A stretch of DNA of 64,000 bases, taken from positions 53,322,001 through 53,386,000 of the forward strand of contig NC_058382.1 in assembly GCF_018350175.1 (NCBI RefSeq), read 5' to 3'. The translations under genes were made by a program, and so were the position numbers. This document shows, piece after piece, positions 40,636-54,197 of this stretch. The notes under the pieces were generated by a model, which saw nothing but the letters and a program-made list of their open reading frames with translations, did not search any database and had not been told where the DNA came from. How positions within the stretch are numbered: the first letter of the stretch is position 1; each line of letters starts with the position of its first letter. This stretch comes from Felis catus. Its lineage: Eukaryota.

Positions 40636-42214
40636 CCCTATAGCTATTGTCTTGTTCAGTGAATGGGGGTGCTGAGAACAGCCAACAGCAGTTTGCAATC
40701 CCCGCTCATTCAATAGTTTGACCTGATTCCTCTTTACTAAGGCAGGAAGTGAGACCTCTATGAATTTAGAAGCCATTTTAACAACAACATTGGAAAAATG
40801 GGAACCCAAAGTAGTTTGTGATACATCTGTACTTTACGAGAATAGTAGGTTTAGCAGGTATTGCATTATTCCAAAAACTTAGTCAATACCAACTTCATGG
40901 GATTCCCAACCACGTGACATCAGGCAGGCGGTATGATTGATCTTGCCGCTTATGGACCCATTTCCATCTTGCCCCTTATGGTATTTTTCTGGGCTGCTTG
41001 GCTCCTCTTCTCCAAAGATCAGAACTTCAGAGTAGACACGGCAGCAGGAGGGGAAACAGATGATCAGAGAAGAAAATCCTCTGACAAAGGGGGTTCATTG
41101 GCAAGGGCTTCCCATTAGTTGCCCTTCCTACATCTTTAGTCTTAGGACTGCGTCTGGGAAGCAGGAATGAAGGCAACTGCTTCTACCCATTGCCTTTCCC
41201 ATCCGGGATGCTCTTCAGCATCTGCACGGCCGTTCAAACTTGGCAGGGTGCAACCCGAGGCCCCATTAGCAAACCCTGTGAAAATACCAGTCATCTTAGC
41301 TGGTGATGTCCAAATACAAGATTCATCTTTTTTCCCTGCGGCAGAATCAATAAATTTGCATGATGCATATTAAATGTTTAATTAAAGCCCAATGCTAAAG
41401 CATTTTCAGGAAGTTATAAAAACCCTTTGGAGGAGGTCTGACAGCCCAAGGTGTTTGTGAGTTTACCAGGAATGCCTCCATCCATCAGATACCAGTTTTC
41501 ATCTTTGTTCTGTTTCTTTCTGGTACCCGGGTCGTTGTGTAGCTAGTACCCCTGCTGGTCACGATTTGATGATGCTCAGACGACTTCTAAGATTACAGAC
41601 ATTGAAGCCATTGCGGGCATCACCACAAAATTCCCTCCAGCCAGAACCTGAAAGGTGTCTACCCCTTCGGCCCTCTCTCCCGTGGGAAGGGAGCCGGGCC
41701 CACAAGCGCAGAACCCGTGTTGAAGCAACACAATGATCCCAAGAGCAATTTGAAGTTTAAGGGGATAAGGGCTCAGAGACAGAGATTTGCTCTTTTGGCC
41801 CTAATGGCCAATAAGATTTCCTGGGGCCTCAGAGCTGGGTGTGTTCTGAGCCAGGATTCTCTGCTCACCTCCAGGTGCTGTCACGCTGCAGGATGAACAC
41901 TTACAGAGCGGCTGTGTTAACTGCACCCTCACTTCGTGTGGATTGATGGAGTTCATATCAGAATGTCCCCTTGCCGTTGGAACTGCCTCTTGCCGATTCC
42001 TTATCCCCCCCAAAACAGGAACTCTTCACTTCCTTGATGGTTTTTCCCATTTGCTCACTCGTTCATGCATTCATCCGCTCATTTATTCCACGAAAGTCTA
42101 TTTAGAACCTTTTATATATGGTGCACTGTATTTGTCCCAGAAGTTGACCCGGGTCAATCATCTATTGAATGAATCATTCTTCTACCTGATTTACATACAC
42201 CGTCTTCTCAAATC

Positions 42215-42655
42215 TCCACGAGTCCTTCGAAAGTAGAGGGTTTTCTTTAGCTGGAAGCAGAAGGGGAAGTTGGGAGATTCAAAGAACAAGAAGGATTTGA
42301 TCTGATGTCACTGGCTTGAAGATGTAAGGGGCATATGACAAGGAATGTGGGTGTTCTCCAAGAGCTGAGTGGCCCCCACCTGACAGCCAGCCAGGAAATG
42401 GGGTCTTGAATCCTACAGTTCCAGAGAAATTAATCGTGCCCACAATCTGAATGAACTTGAAAACAGTTTCTTCCCCAAGGTCTCCAGGGAGGAGCTCAGC
42501 CTAGCTGGTACCTTGATTTTGGTCTTGTAGAAGCCTCTCCACACAGAACCCGGCTGAGCCCACTTGGACTTGTGACCTGCAGAACTGTGATATAATAGGT
42601 GCACAGTGTTTTAAGCTAAGTTCATGGTGTTTGTGATGTAGCAGTTGAAATCTAC
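42215..42655 (+). mobile_element. MLT1-type ERVL-MaLR LTR fragment
   Basis: ctggcttgaagatg...ggaatgtggg...ctgacagccagccaggaaatgggg...acaatctgaatgaacttg...gacctgcagaactgtga...ttttaagctaag. Confidence 0.75.
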
Positions 42656-43660
42656 TATTGCTCTAAGAGACTTACTTTATTCTCATGGTGAGCCAGTAAG
42701 CTGCATATTATTCCCTTTTGGTTATATAGGTCAAGGAACTGAAATACAGAGAAGGTAAGATACCTGTTCAAGGCCATACAGCTTGTCAGGTTGGTAGAGA
42801 AAGATTCCTACCAAGGTCTTCTGACTACAATTCTGAAGTCTTTTTACCTGTGCACGTGGTCTCTGCCTGGTGGGCCTCAGAAATCCCCCTGGTGGGTGCC
42901 ACCGTGGTCACTCTTCTAACGCTCTGGCTCTGTGGATGAAGAGGGCACAGCGGCTGTCCCACGGAGAACCCCAGGGTGAGTGAGCAGCCCCTTGGGCCCA
43001 ACGCGAGAAGAGCCCGCTGCAGCACCCAGGCACGGGGCCACAGAGAGGAGGGGAGGGGCACCAGAGTGGAGGCATCGTCGTAGGAGACAACACGGAGAAG
43101 GCAGAACATCAGGATGTTGGGAGCTTCTAGTTTTCCGTCTTCCTTCATGGTCAGAGTTGCACCCCCAAAGAGCCAAAGTGACACATTCCCCTTGCATTTT
43201 CAGGAGACTGACCAATGCTCCACACCGTCCTCTGGTGGCTGTCGTGCAGTGGGGTCACACATCCCCATCGGCCGCCTCCACCTGGCCGCCCTCCTCCCTG
43301 GTCTGTCCTTGGGGTCAGAGGCCACACGTCAGAGGACTTTCCCGTGATGCTGATGGCCCCATTGCTTGCCAGACCCTCACCTTTTGGAGGCAGATCTCAC
43401 TGTGTTTTGGAGAAAGATTATGCTAAAGAAAAGTGACCAGGATTCAAAAGTCTGACTTCTCTTGCATTTTGATAACTCATATTTATTGCTTCTTTGTCTG
43501 ATTAGGAGAAGGTTTTGTTCATTAGAGAAACTGTGGAGATACAACATAAGTGAAGATTTTAGCATTAATAACCACTGTTTGTAAACAGAAAACAGTGATT
43601 GTTCACAGTGTTTTCCTTGAAGTTATTTTTTTGTACCGAGTATACAGACATAGGTACACA

Positions 43661-43880
43661 GGGGTGCCTGGGTGGCTCAGTCAGCTAAGCGTCTGACCTC
43701 GGGTCAGGTCATGGCTTTGCGGTTTGTGAGTTCGAGCCCCATGTCAGGCTCTGGGCTGACAGCTCAGAGCCTGGAGTCTGCTTCGGATTCTGTGTCTCCC
43801 TCTCTCTCCGCCCCTCCCCCACTCGTGCTCTATCTCTGTTTCTCAAAAATAATAAAAAACAAATATTAAAAGATTTTTGA
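43661..43880 (+). mobile_element. CAN-SINE
   Basis: Canonical head and body. Confidence 0.92.
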
Positions 43881-44216
43881 AAAACACAAAAATACATACA
43901 CAGATATACAGATCTGTAACTAAAGGATATTTTTAACAAAACTGGGATCAGATTGAATCTGCCTTTTTGTATCTAACTTTTCAGTTCATAATGTACCATC
44001 CACACTTTCCCAGATCACGGAGCACAGCTTTGTTGGCCACATAACATTTAATCACGTGATTGTAAAAAATTTGGCTATTTTGCTCATTTGGGACCTTAAC
44101 ACCCCTTCTAATTTTTCAGTAATGTCCATATTGCTTTGATCGCTATCCTTGGACATCACTGCTGAATATCTGATAACTTACCTAAGATAAATATCAAGAA
44201 ACTGAGGTCACTAGGC

Positions 44217-44444
44217 TGTGGTGCTGAATTTTATGTATCACCTTCAGTGGGCTATTATGGGGTGTCCGGATGAAACACGATTTCCGGGTATGCCTTGGAG
44301 ACGTTTCCGGATGAGGTTAGCATTTGAATCGGTGGGTTCAGTACAGCAGCGGATGGTCCTCCCCAGTGTGGGTCAGCACCATCTAACCCATGGAGGGTCT
44401 GAACAGAACGGAAGGCAGAGAAAGGAGGGATTCCTCTACCTCTT

Positions 44445-44495
<51 letters not shown>

Positions 44496-44965
44496 TTTTT
44501 CTGTCTCATGACCGGGGCTGGGACAGCCCATCTCATCTTCTGTCCTCAGACTGGGACTTAAACAATCAGCAACCTGGCTTCTTGGGCGTTCGGACTCAGA
44601 CTGAATTATGTCACCAGTTTTCCTGTGTCTCCAGCCTGCCTCAGAGGTCAGACAGAGGGACTTCCCAGCCTCCGTAATCGTATGACCAATTCCTTATGTT
44701 AAGTCTTCTTTCAGAAGATATATGTGGATACACATATATCTAGTCACTGATATATATGTATATATATACACGCAAGATTATCTAATAGAATATATAGAGG
44801 ATATAGAGACAGGATATATAGGACATGATATGTATTTATATAGCGTGTGTGTATATATGTGTGTGTATATATTTACATCCATATATCTACGTATCTATAT
44901 ATCTAAATCTATATCTATATCCATCTCCTATCTGTTCTGTTTCTCTGGTGAATGCTGACTCACAC
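44217..44965 (+). mobile_element. MLT2-type ERVL LTR with embedded (ATTT)n and TA-rich repeats
   Basis: tgtggtgctgaattttatgtatca...gatgaggttagcatttgaatcggtgg...cctccccagtgtgggt...tctgtttctctggtgaatgctgact. Confidence 0.75.
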
Positions 44966-45596
44966 ACAGGCCGAAAGGTATAAATATTTTAGGGCTCTGA
45001 TAGGACAATGTATTTTCTTGAAAAGTTGTATCCGTCTTTCTAAACTCTTGCTAATGTAATGGGTCACACAGTCTTTCAAAATCGACGGCAGCATCTCTCC
45101 TGACCAACGCTCCAACAGCCTGCCCTGATAATCCCCTGACAAGGGAGATTATCTTGTCCCAAACAACCCTGCTCCCCACTTCAGTGGCATCCCTCAAATG
45201 TCTCCAAGCAGCAAAAGGAAACTAGGCAATCAACTGTTTATGTATCTACACCTGCTTATCTGTAAGGACCCCCCCATATGCATGCACACCTAGTTGCACA
45301 TACATGTATTATATTAGGTGAAGGTCAAATGCCACGTAATGTCTACTTCCAAAGAAAAAAATAAAGGGTAGTTTTTTTTTTATAGAGATATGTTTAAATT
45401 TTTAAATACTAACTATTTGTCCATAAGCTCCTAATCCTGATTCACAGAACGACAGTTTCCTTTAGTTGCACGTCTTTGGTGAAGTATAGTGAAAGAAAAC
45501 AAAATGCACTTGGGAGATACTGCACATTGGATTGTCTGAGACTCTGTGGTGTGTATTCTTTGCTTTTAAGCCACAAGAGGTATTCTTTTCTACATT

Positions 45597-45887
45597 TCTT
45601 TTTTTTTTTTAATGTTTTTTAATGTTTTTTTTTAATTTTTTAATTTTTTAATTTTTTAATTTTTTTTTAACATTTATTTATTTTTGAGACAGAGAGAGAC
45701 AGAGCATGAACAGGGGAGGGTCAGAGAGAGAGGGAGACACAGAATCTGAAACAGGCTCCAGGCTCTGAGCAGTCAGCACAGAGCCCGACGCGGGGCTTGA
45801 ACTCACGGACCATGAGATCATGCCCTGAGCCGAAGTCGGACGCCTAACTGACTGAGCCACCCAGGCGCCCCTGATGTTTATTTTTGA

Positions 45888-45929
<42 letters not shown>

Positions 45930-46139
45930 GTGAGTGGGGGAGGGACAGAGAGAGGGAGACACAGAATCCAAAGCAGGCTCCAGGCTCTGAGCTGTTGGCA
46001 CGGAGCCTGATACGGGGCTCGAAGTCGTGAACCGCGAGATCATGACAGGAGCCAAAGTTGGACGCTCGAACCTGTGAGATGTGAGATCGTGACCTGAGCC
46101 GAAGTCGGCCGCTTAACCGACTGAGCCACCCAGGCGCCC
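45597..46139 (-). mobile_element. Two nested/tandem CAN-SINEs (45597-45871 inserted in the tail of 45873-46139)
   Basis: Two ccacccaggcgccc ends. (CA)n lies in the second copy. Confidence 0.9.
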
Positions 46140-47366
46140 GTCTTTTCTACCTTCCTATGCACAAAGAAATCAGCGTCAGTGTTCAGAAACTTGCCAAGGA
46201 ACTGCACGCAGCACAGAGAGATGTGAACCTGAGTCTATATGCACCATCACCAAGGTGGTCCTGCCCCCAGGCCTCCGGGGCAGCTCCACAAGCGGATGCC
46301 TGCCGCAGTCAGCCACCTGGATGGTGCACTGTGCTAATGGCTCCCGCTCCTTGCTGCCCCCCAATCCCACGTCTGCTTCCCGGGGCTCTGCTCCCGGACG
46401 CTTATCGGCCTCCGCGTATAGGGGTCTGCACACCGAGACATTGACTGCTGAGGCCAGCAGCTCCGGCACGGCCCAGGGGAGCAGGGTGGGGCTCAGAGTG
46501 GCTTCCGTGTCTCCCTCTTCAGTCTTCAGGTTCCCCAGGGGCAATTTCAATGTGTCTTGCTGAGCAGAACCTCTCCAGGGACTGACACCTGCCCACAGAG
46601 GTTTACAGCTGGGCCTACGCGTGACCGCGAGTGAGTCACAAGCGAAAAATGGAGACATCTCTCCTGGCGGCTGGGCTCTGGGTCCCCTGACCACATTTAT
46701 GTTTTTATACATGTGTTGGGATGATTCAGCGGAAATTTCTGGTCAAACGGATCACCATAGCAACTTTCAATAGACATCCAGCATGCAAATTAGAGAGTGC
46801 AAACGGGCCACTTTCTCAATGGCCCCAAACCATCCCCGTCTGAACCCTCCAAGGTTGGAGTAGGAGGCATTTTGAAGGTTTCAAGCAGAATCCGTTTGAA
46901 TGCAGGTCGGCCCCTGGCTGGGTTAGCTGGCACCTTCGGATGCTAAAATGAGAAGAACAAAGTCCTCTGGGTGGTCTCTGTAGTCTGATTTCTCTCGCAG
47001 GGGCGCCATCCTTCGCGCAGCGGGGCGAGGTATTCACATCTTCTCCGTGTGGTTCGTAAGCCTCAGGATCTTGGCCAGATTGTGAAAACTCTCTGAGCTT
47101 CAGGGTTTTCATGTATAAAATGGGGATAAGAATGCTTGCTGAATAGAGATATGATGTGCCTGATACAGTGATTAGAAACTGCTTTGCATATGGTAGTCTC
47201 TCGGTAAATGGCAGTTACTGGTAATATCTTCTCCGGACCTTCTGAAGTCTGTTTTCTTTCTTTAGACCTCCATCTTTAATTCAATGCCGGTTACGTGAAA
47301 AATGCGTGTTGATATCTAAGAATACAAGTGGCAACACGACAATTCTCCTCAAAGAGCTCCAGGACT

Positions 47367-47585
47367 GGGGCGCCTGGGTGGCGCAGTCAGTTGAGCGTCT
47401 GACTTCAGCTCAGGTCACGATCTTGCGGTTCGTGAGTTCAAGCCCCGCGTCAGGCTCTGGGCTGATGGCTCAGAGCCTGGGGCCTGCTTCCGATTCTGTG
47501 TCTCCTTCTCTCTCTGACCCTCCCCCCTTCATGCTCTGTCTCTCTCTGTCTCAAAAATAAATAAACGTTAAAAAAAATTTTTTTT
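47367..47585 (+). mobile_element. Feline CAN-SINE
   Basis: Perfect 16-bp TSD AAAGAGCTCCAGGACT at 47351-47366 and 47586-47601. Confidence 0.96.
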
Positions 47586-47785
47586 AAAGAGCTCCAGGAC
47601 TTGTGGAGAAGATGGTAAGAGGGGTTATAGGTGTTAGACAAGGGTGGAATGAACCAGGTTCAAATTAATCCGGATGGAGCTTTATCATTTAAAAAAAAAA
47701 AAAAAAAACTTACGCTACACAGATTTCAACTTACAAAGCCAATGACGCGTTAGAGAACAGAAGGTTATTTTACTGACACTGTGCA

Positions 47786-48365
47786 CTGTGTCAGATAGGA
47801 ATGTCTTTCGCGACAAGCAACAGAATAACCAACTAACTGTGGCTTAAACAAATAAGGGTTAACATACCCTTCCCCCCTTCCCTCTGGAGGTAGTTGTTTC
47901 TTAAATTAGTTTGGTGGCTTAAAAATGTCAATGTCGGGGCGCCTGGGTGGTGCAGTCGGTTGAGCGTCCGACTTCAGCCAGGTCACGATCTCGCGGTCCG
48001 TGAGTTCGAGCCCCGCGTCGGGCTCTGGGCTGATGGCTCAGAGCCTGGAGCCTGTTTCTGATTCTGTGTCTCCCTCTCTCTCTGCCCCTCCCCCATTCAT
48101 GCTCTGTCTCTCTCTGTCCCAAAAACAAATAAACGTTGAAAAAAAAAATTAAAAAAAAATGTCAATGTCAGCACCTCTGCAAATCTCTGGTGTTCTCCTT
48201 GTTTCTGTTACCTCATCTTACCAGGATAGCTGCTGAAGTTCCAGCCATCATGTCTGCATTCCAAGATGGGAAAAAAATAAGAAGAAAAATTGATGGTACC
48301 ATTGAAATACTTTTATTGGTGAGAACGGAGTCACATGGCCATTCTTAGATGCAAGAGGATCTAGG
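47786..48365 (-). mobile_element. Old MLT1 (J/K-like) LTR fragment interrupted by a SINE
   Basis: tgtcagataggaatgtctttc...caagcaacagaataaccaact...ggcttaaacaa; gctgctgaagttccagccatcatgtctgcattcca. Confidence 0.55.
47936..48154 (+). mobile_element. Feline CAN-SINE
   Basis: Perfect 15-bp TSD AAAAATGTCAATGTC. Confidence 0.96.
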
Positions 48366-49772
48366 AAAGTGAATTTTTTTTTTTAGCTTTACCAACTTCT
48401 ATAGTAGACACAGATAAGGGCAAGTAAGTTAAGACAGTCAATTATATTTGACAGTTTCCCCTTAGATTAATTTATTTTAGGACTACCCACTCAAGTATGA
48501 CTTGATTTTGCACAATTGTAATTCCAAAATTTGGTGCCACTCACTCTGCCACTAAGTTTGAGTTGAAATGTGAGTGGGTTCCTTTTGGGTGCCTCTTAGA
48601 AGTCCCAGAAGATAATCTTCTGTTTTCCTTCAAAAATCACACAGAAAATAGGAGCTGTGGATCAGCGACGGTCTCATAAGCTCTCAGGTGCCTTGGCACT
48701 GGGGTAGATGGTGCAGAGAAATAAAAAACTGTACACAATCCCCAAATTCAGACCCAGAGGACTCCTCGTCTAGCTGCAGAGGCTACCGTTACACCAACCA
48801 AACAAGAACGCGTGTATTGGTTGATTGCAAGATGAATTTTAAATTGTCTTCATCCATCTTTCCCATGCTTTGAGGGCCTGATGAGGAAGTAGACTCTGGC
48901 TGCCATCTTGATTTGACTGACGACCCCAAGGAAGGAGCGTGCATGTAAGTCAAAGTCACAGGGTAAGAAAAGAGCTTCGGTCCGGTGCTGGATTCTTGGT
49001 CCAGTGCTCTGCCTTTTTGCACAGCTTGACTCCAGTTCAGGGGTCTAGAGTGAGTTAAGGGGGCTCGGGGGAGAGGAGCAAGGTCTGATGAGGCGCTTAC
49101 CTCCCCAGCTTAGTCTCTCCCAGGAAAAGGATAAAGGTCAATCATGTTCTTCTCTGTGAGCCCTGACTGGGTCCAAGGGGAGGAGCAGAAAATGACAAAG
49201 GAGGCTCCACTCCACGTGGACCTTGGGACACCTCGGAGAAACACATCCGCTGTGAGTCTGCTGGGTCCACAAACCTGTATCACTTGGGTCGTAGCAGGAA
49301 GGAGCGGACCGGGTTGATGCCAAGGGGGTTTTCATAAAGGGAATGTTCGCAGGGCACAGGGGCCCGGGGCAAAGGACGTCCTTACAGGAATGTGTAGTTT
49401 CCTGGGAGGCTGCTGGGAGGCGTAAGGAAAGGGAGTGTTTCCAAGCTCAGAGAGAAAGCGAGATGAGAGACAGGTTGTGGGGACAGTGCAGAGGTGAGCG
49501 GTGACCTTCAGTCAAGGGGCACAAGTGGCCCGCAGTGATCACACAGGGAGGAGGGGGAGGCAGGCCTCTCCCCCCGTCTCATCTCCCCCCAGGGGCACTC
49601 ATAGCCTGACCCAGTGCAAGCCAGGGGGCACAACGAGTCCATTCATGTGTCTGTGTAGATCCCCCCACCCCCCACCTGGAGCACCGAGCTGAGCGGAGAA
49701 AGGTGGAGAATGGATCTGGAGCGGGGAGGGGTGAGGCCACAACCAAAAGACACTCAACACAAAACTGAACGA

Positions 49773-49891
49773 GGGATAATTTTAACAGCATAAAGGACCG
49801 GGGGGGAGGCAGGGGGGAGTGTTAGGATCCTCTTCCTCACACTCCCCCCCCACCCCCCCACCCCGGTCCTTTATGCTGTTAAAATTATCCC
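49773..49891. repeat. Inverted repeat with perfect 31-bp arms and a partly self-complementary spacer
   Basis: GGGATAATTTTAACAGCATAAAGGACCGGGG (49773-49803) is the exact reverse complement of 49861-49891. Confidence 0.95.
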
Positions 49892-51458
49892 CACCACGGA
49901 ATGTTCCAGAAGCTTCCATGGAGCGCTTGAAGATGGGGCTGATGCATAGGACAAATCCCCTGTCCCACGGTGAGCTCTGCTTTTGTCCTCAGCGCCCCGC
50001 TGCCCACCTGTCTTCACAACCCTGCTGGTGCTCCATATTTCACGACAGAGCGTGAGAAATACCCTCAGGTGTGCTTCCTCCTAAAAATCCTCCAGAGAGT
50101 TCCACTTGGGTGATGAAGACTCAGTGACAGTTCTGTCATTGTATCTTTTTCATCGATAAATGATATGATCTAAATTTCAAGGACATACCTGTCCTTAAGG
50201 GACTTGGGTGGAACGAAAGGGGGGAGGTGGTATTTGTACCTTGTCTTTAAGGTCGTCCGCATCCGAAATGGTAGATGGTATGAGAAGCCACGAGATTTGC
50301 CGTCAGTAGATACTTAAAACAAATGGCTGCTCGAAGGCATTTATACGAATCGATTCTATATGGATATATTATGTGTCCACTCATTTAGTGATGGGTTGGC
50401 TCCGTTGAGCAGTCAACTCAGGCAAAACAGAGGCTACGGTGGCCACATCTACTGGTTAAGTTGTTTCTTTTAAGATAACAATGAAAAGTGATACTAGAAG
50501 ATTCTGTGCCATTCGCCCCAGCCGCTCCTACCCTGAGGACAAGGTGTTGTTTCTGGCGGCTGAAGACATGTGGCGCTGGGAGTGGTCCCCTTACTCTGGT
50601 GCCACTTGAGGCCCTGCTTTTCCGAAGATCACTAACCATTCTCACACCAGGTTTCAGGTTTGGCAAGAGGCACCTAAAAATGTTCTCCAGGTGTAGTGTT
50701 TTAGAAAAAAGAAAACAAACATAAAACACAACACCCAGGCTTCAAGGAAGATCAGCCTTGCCTCTCCCAACCTGCTTTTCACAGACATAAAGAGGGTGGG
50801 ACATGGCCGAGGATTCTCTGGGAGCAGGCGTTGTCTCTGGCGTGAGATGTGGGCCACCAGATAGCATCATCTGAGACATTACCATGGCGGCGGGGAGCTT
50901 CCTGGGGTGTTCACATGGGGCCCAATAGACACACGGGAACAAGTCAAGTCATTTTGACCAATCAGGTTTCAATCCTCCCTCCTTGGTAGCACCGTGCTGA
51001 GAGAGGGAGACAGAGACAGAAACAGAGAAACAAAGAGATGACGAGATCAGACAGGAAAAGACAGAGACACAGACAGACAGAGGCAGACAGACAGTGAGAC
51101 CAGTTTATGAGGGGTCATTTTCAGATTGGGACACACCAGCAAATTGAGAGAGGACATGTTATAGGAACTAGTTCCTTCCTTCTACAGACATTCACTGAGT
51201 GTTTTGTGTCAGACACATGCTTCATGCCGGTGCCTGCCCCCCAGGAGGTTTCAGGGCGGATGGACAGACAGACAAGCAAACCTGGGATCACAACGAGGAG
51301 TAACGTGGCCTGTGATGGACAGACGCACGGGATGCCCCAGGACTGGCACCAAGCTGCATCGCAGGCACGACTACACGGGCTCGAGGTACAGCAAAGCAGG
51401 TGTTATCCTCTTTCTCTCCCCAAGTATTTCTGTTGACCACCATTTAAAACACGAATTA

Positions 51459-51674
51459 GGGGCGCTGGGTGGCGCAGTCGGTGAAGCGTCTGACTTCAGC
51501 CAGGTCACGATCTCGCGGTCCGGGAGTTCGAGCCCCGCGTCGGGCTCTGGGCTGATGGCTCGGAGCCTGGAGCCTGTTTCCGATTCTGTGTCTCCTTCTC
51601 TCTCTGCTCCTCCCCCGTTCATGCTCTGTCTCTCTCTGTCCCAAAAATAAATAAACGTTGAAAAAATAAATAAA
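51459..51674 (+). mobile_element. Feline CAN-SINE
   Basis: TSD TAAAACACGAATTA on both sides. Confidence 0.96.
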
Positions 51675-53857
51675 TAAAACACGAATTAAAGTCATTATTG
51701 CAGGAAGAGCTGTGCTTTCTTCGGCTTCATTGGTTCTCTTCCGGCTAGGACGGTTTCCACTTTTAATTACATATAGGGTCGTTTTTGCTGGTCTCATCTT
51801 CTTACTAAAGATGCTTATGTCTTGGAACATAGACCTTTCATGTTCCTGCTCCACATCCTAGGATGAGGCGGCCTGGTGTTGGCTGTTTTCCCAAGTTCAA
51901 ACGCCAATTCATTGACCAGGCATGCAGGAAAATGCCTACTCCGTGCAGGGCGCTGGGTCCCAGAGCGGAGCTAGGCTGTGGGCCTCAAACTGACCTGGGT
52001 CTTCTGCTTCCAGAGTAAGCCACTCGGGCAGAACTATCTGGGGTTTGCTTCCGACACGGGGTAAGGTCTCAGAGAAGACGCACGGGAGCGTTTTACTGGA
52101 GACCCAGAGCTCACGCAGAAGATGAATCCCATGGTTGTCTAGCTACCCCAAAGTAAAAGTGACCGCCGTGAAAGTCTCTCGAGCTGGAACATCATATTTT
52201 GCCATTTGCACAAGTTGCCATCAGGAGCCTAAGTGCTGTTGTTGATGGCATACTAGGGAATGCCAGGGAGTCAGGGCAGGAAAGTAACATTTATCGAGTG
52301 TCCTACTATGTGCCAAGTCATGGGGTTTTACATGCATGATCAACTGTTGTCTCCTTAATTCCCGGTAATTGGTGGTGTTGCCTCTCTGAATTATGGATGG
52401 CAAAACTGATCCTGAAGGAGGTTCATTTTCTTCTTGGACATCACAGAGCAAATGAGAGCCCTATTAGAATTTATCTCTCCTTGGCTTCATGCAGACCTTG
52501 CCATTGACTTCGGCCAAAGGACCCCTAAGAAACTGCATAAGGGAAGGGGGACCCAAGCTGTCTGCACACACCAGCTGCTTTCCATGGGTTTTCAATGGAC
52601 CCTCTGTTATCCTGGGGAGAATTCCAGGTATGTTTGCAACCAGATAGGTCTCAGGCTTCAACCAGGAGGGCCCGGGGTTCGTAGAAAGCGCTGAGGTTCT
52701 TTAGGACATGGGGTGGATTCCAAGAGCTAGGTGGGTGTGGCCAGAGCTGAGCTGGAGCCCAGTAAATCTTTGCTAGGCAAATGGTATTAGGACTCCTTAG
52801 AAGATTCCAGTGGTATGAGAGCAATGGGACGTATGCTTAGAACATCATTACCTCCTTCTGGACACCACTAACCCAGCCAGATAGCCTGAGAAGGAAAACA
52901 GCCTGCGTTCAGAGTAAATAGTTAACTCTTCTGGGCTGGAAGAAATGATTATTCAAAAGTTTGTCCCCGCATACAAATGCAAATGACATCCCGAGACATA
53001 TGAATGCTAATTTCTCCAACGAAGTCTGTAGACAAATGCTAGTCATTAGAAACATTTCCGCGCATTTATATTAGGCCATCCTCTGAAAGACTTTTCAGAC
53101 AAATATGTCATCAAGATATTCAAAACCATGTAATCTTAGCCAAAGTTTCATCTATCAACAGTACAGTTTTCATCCCTTGCAGCTGTGTGTCGATGCTTGG
53201 GGAGATTACTCAGCTGATACCGCCGAGCCGGGAGGGGCCCAAGAAGTCTTGGGGTCCAGAGAGCACTCTGGAAGGAGAGTCCGGGCTTTCGGGGCGGGCT
53301 AGGCCTTTTAGTCACGAGTGTGAGAGCCGACTCAGGTGGAGGGGTGACTTCTAACAGGTTACATACAGAAGAGGCATTCAGGGGCCATTCCTTCTGCACA
53401 TCTCTCCACCAGCCCTTCACACACACGAGCTACTGGAGTGGCAGAGGAAGTGAAGGGCAGAGCAACGGGGGGCTCAAGATCCTGTCTTCACCACCTCCTG
53501 CAAGGCAAAGCCTCGGAGCTGCTGACTGCTCCCGGGGAGGCTCGGGGTAGGGGGAGAGGCTTCCGTGAAGTGACAGTATTTCCAAATATTCACTTGTAAG
53601 CTCTGTTCTCTTTCCTCCCTTTCCCTGCATTTTTCTCCATGGGAAGGGTGTGTGCTGAAGGCAGTGACCAGAGGGAGCTGTCCCTAGGACTGATTGTTTC
53701 CTGAGGGACCATTTGTGTTTGGGCCACTTTATTTACCGTGTGAATGGATGGTGGCTTTTGGCAGTGATGGAAGAACATTTTTCTTAATTAATTAATTATG
53801 TAATATAGTGAATCTATTAAATAACTTTCCCTTAATCTACTCATTCATCAACAGACA

Positions 53858-54197
53858 CATCCATCCATCCATCCATCCATCCATCCATCCATCCATCCAT
53901 CCACCTATTCATCTGTCCATCCATCCATCCATCCATCCACCCACCTATTCATCTGTGCATCCATCCATCCATCCATCCATCCATCCATCCATCCACCTAT
54001 TCATCTGTCCATCCATCCATCCATCCATCCATCCATCCATCCATCCATCTATCCATCCATCTGTCCATCCATCCATCCATCCATCCATCCATCCATCCAT
54101 CCATCCACCTATTCATCTGTCCATCCATCCATCCATCCACCCACCTATTTATCTGTCCATCCATCCATCCATCCATCCATCCATCCATCCATCCATC
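53858..54197. repeat. (CCAT)n array with a higher-order unit (CCACCTATTCATCTGT interruptions)
   Basis: Direct reading. Confidence 0.95.

Noticed and set aside
53858..54197. Regularly interspersed repeat superficially like a CRISPR array
   Set aside because: Eukaryotic tetranucleotide array with no unique spacers and no cas genes.
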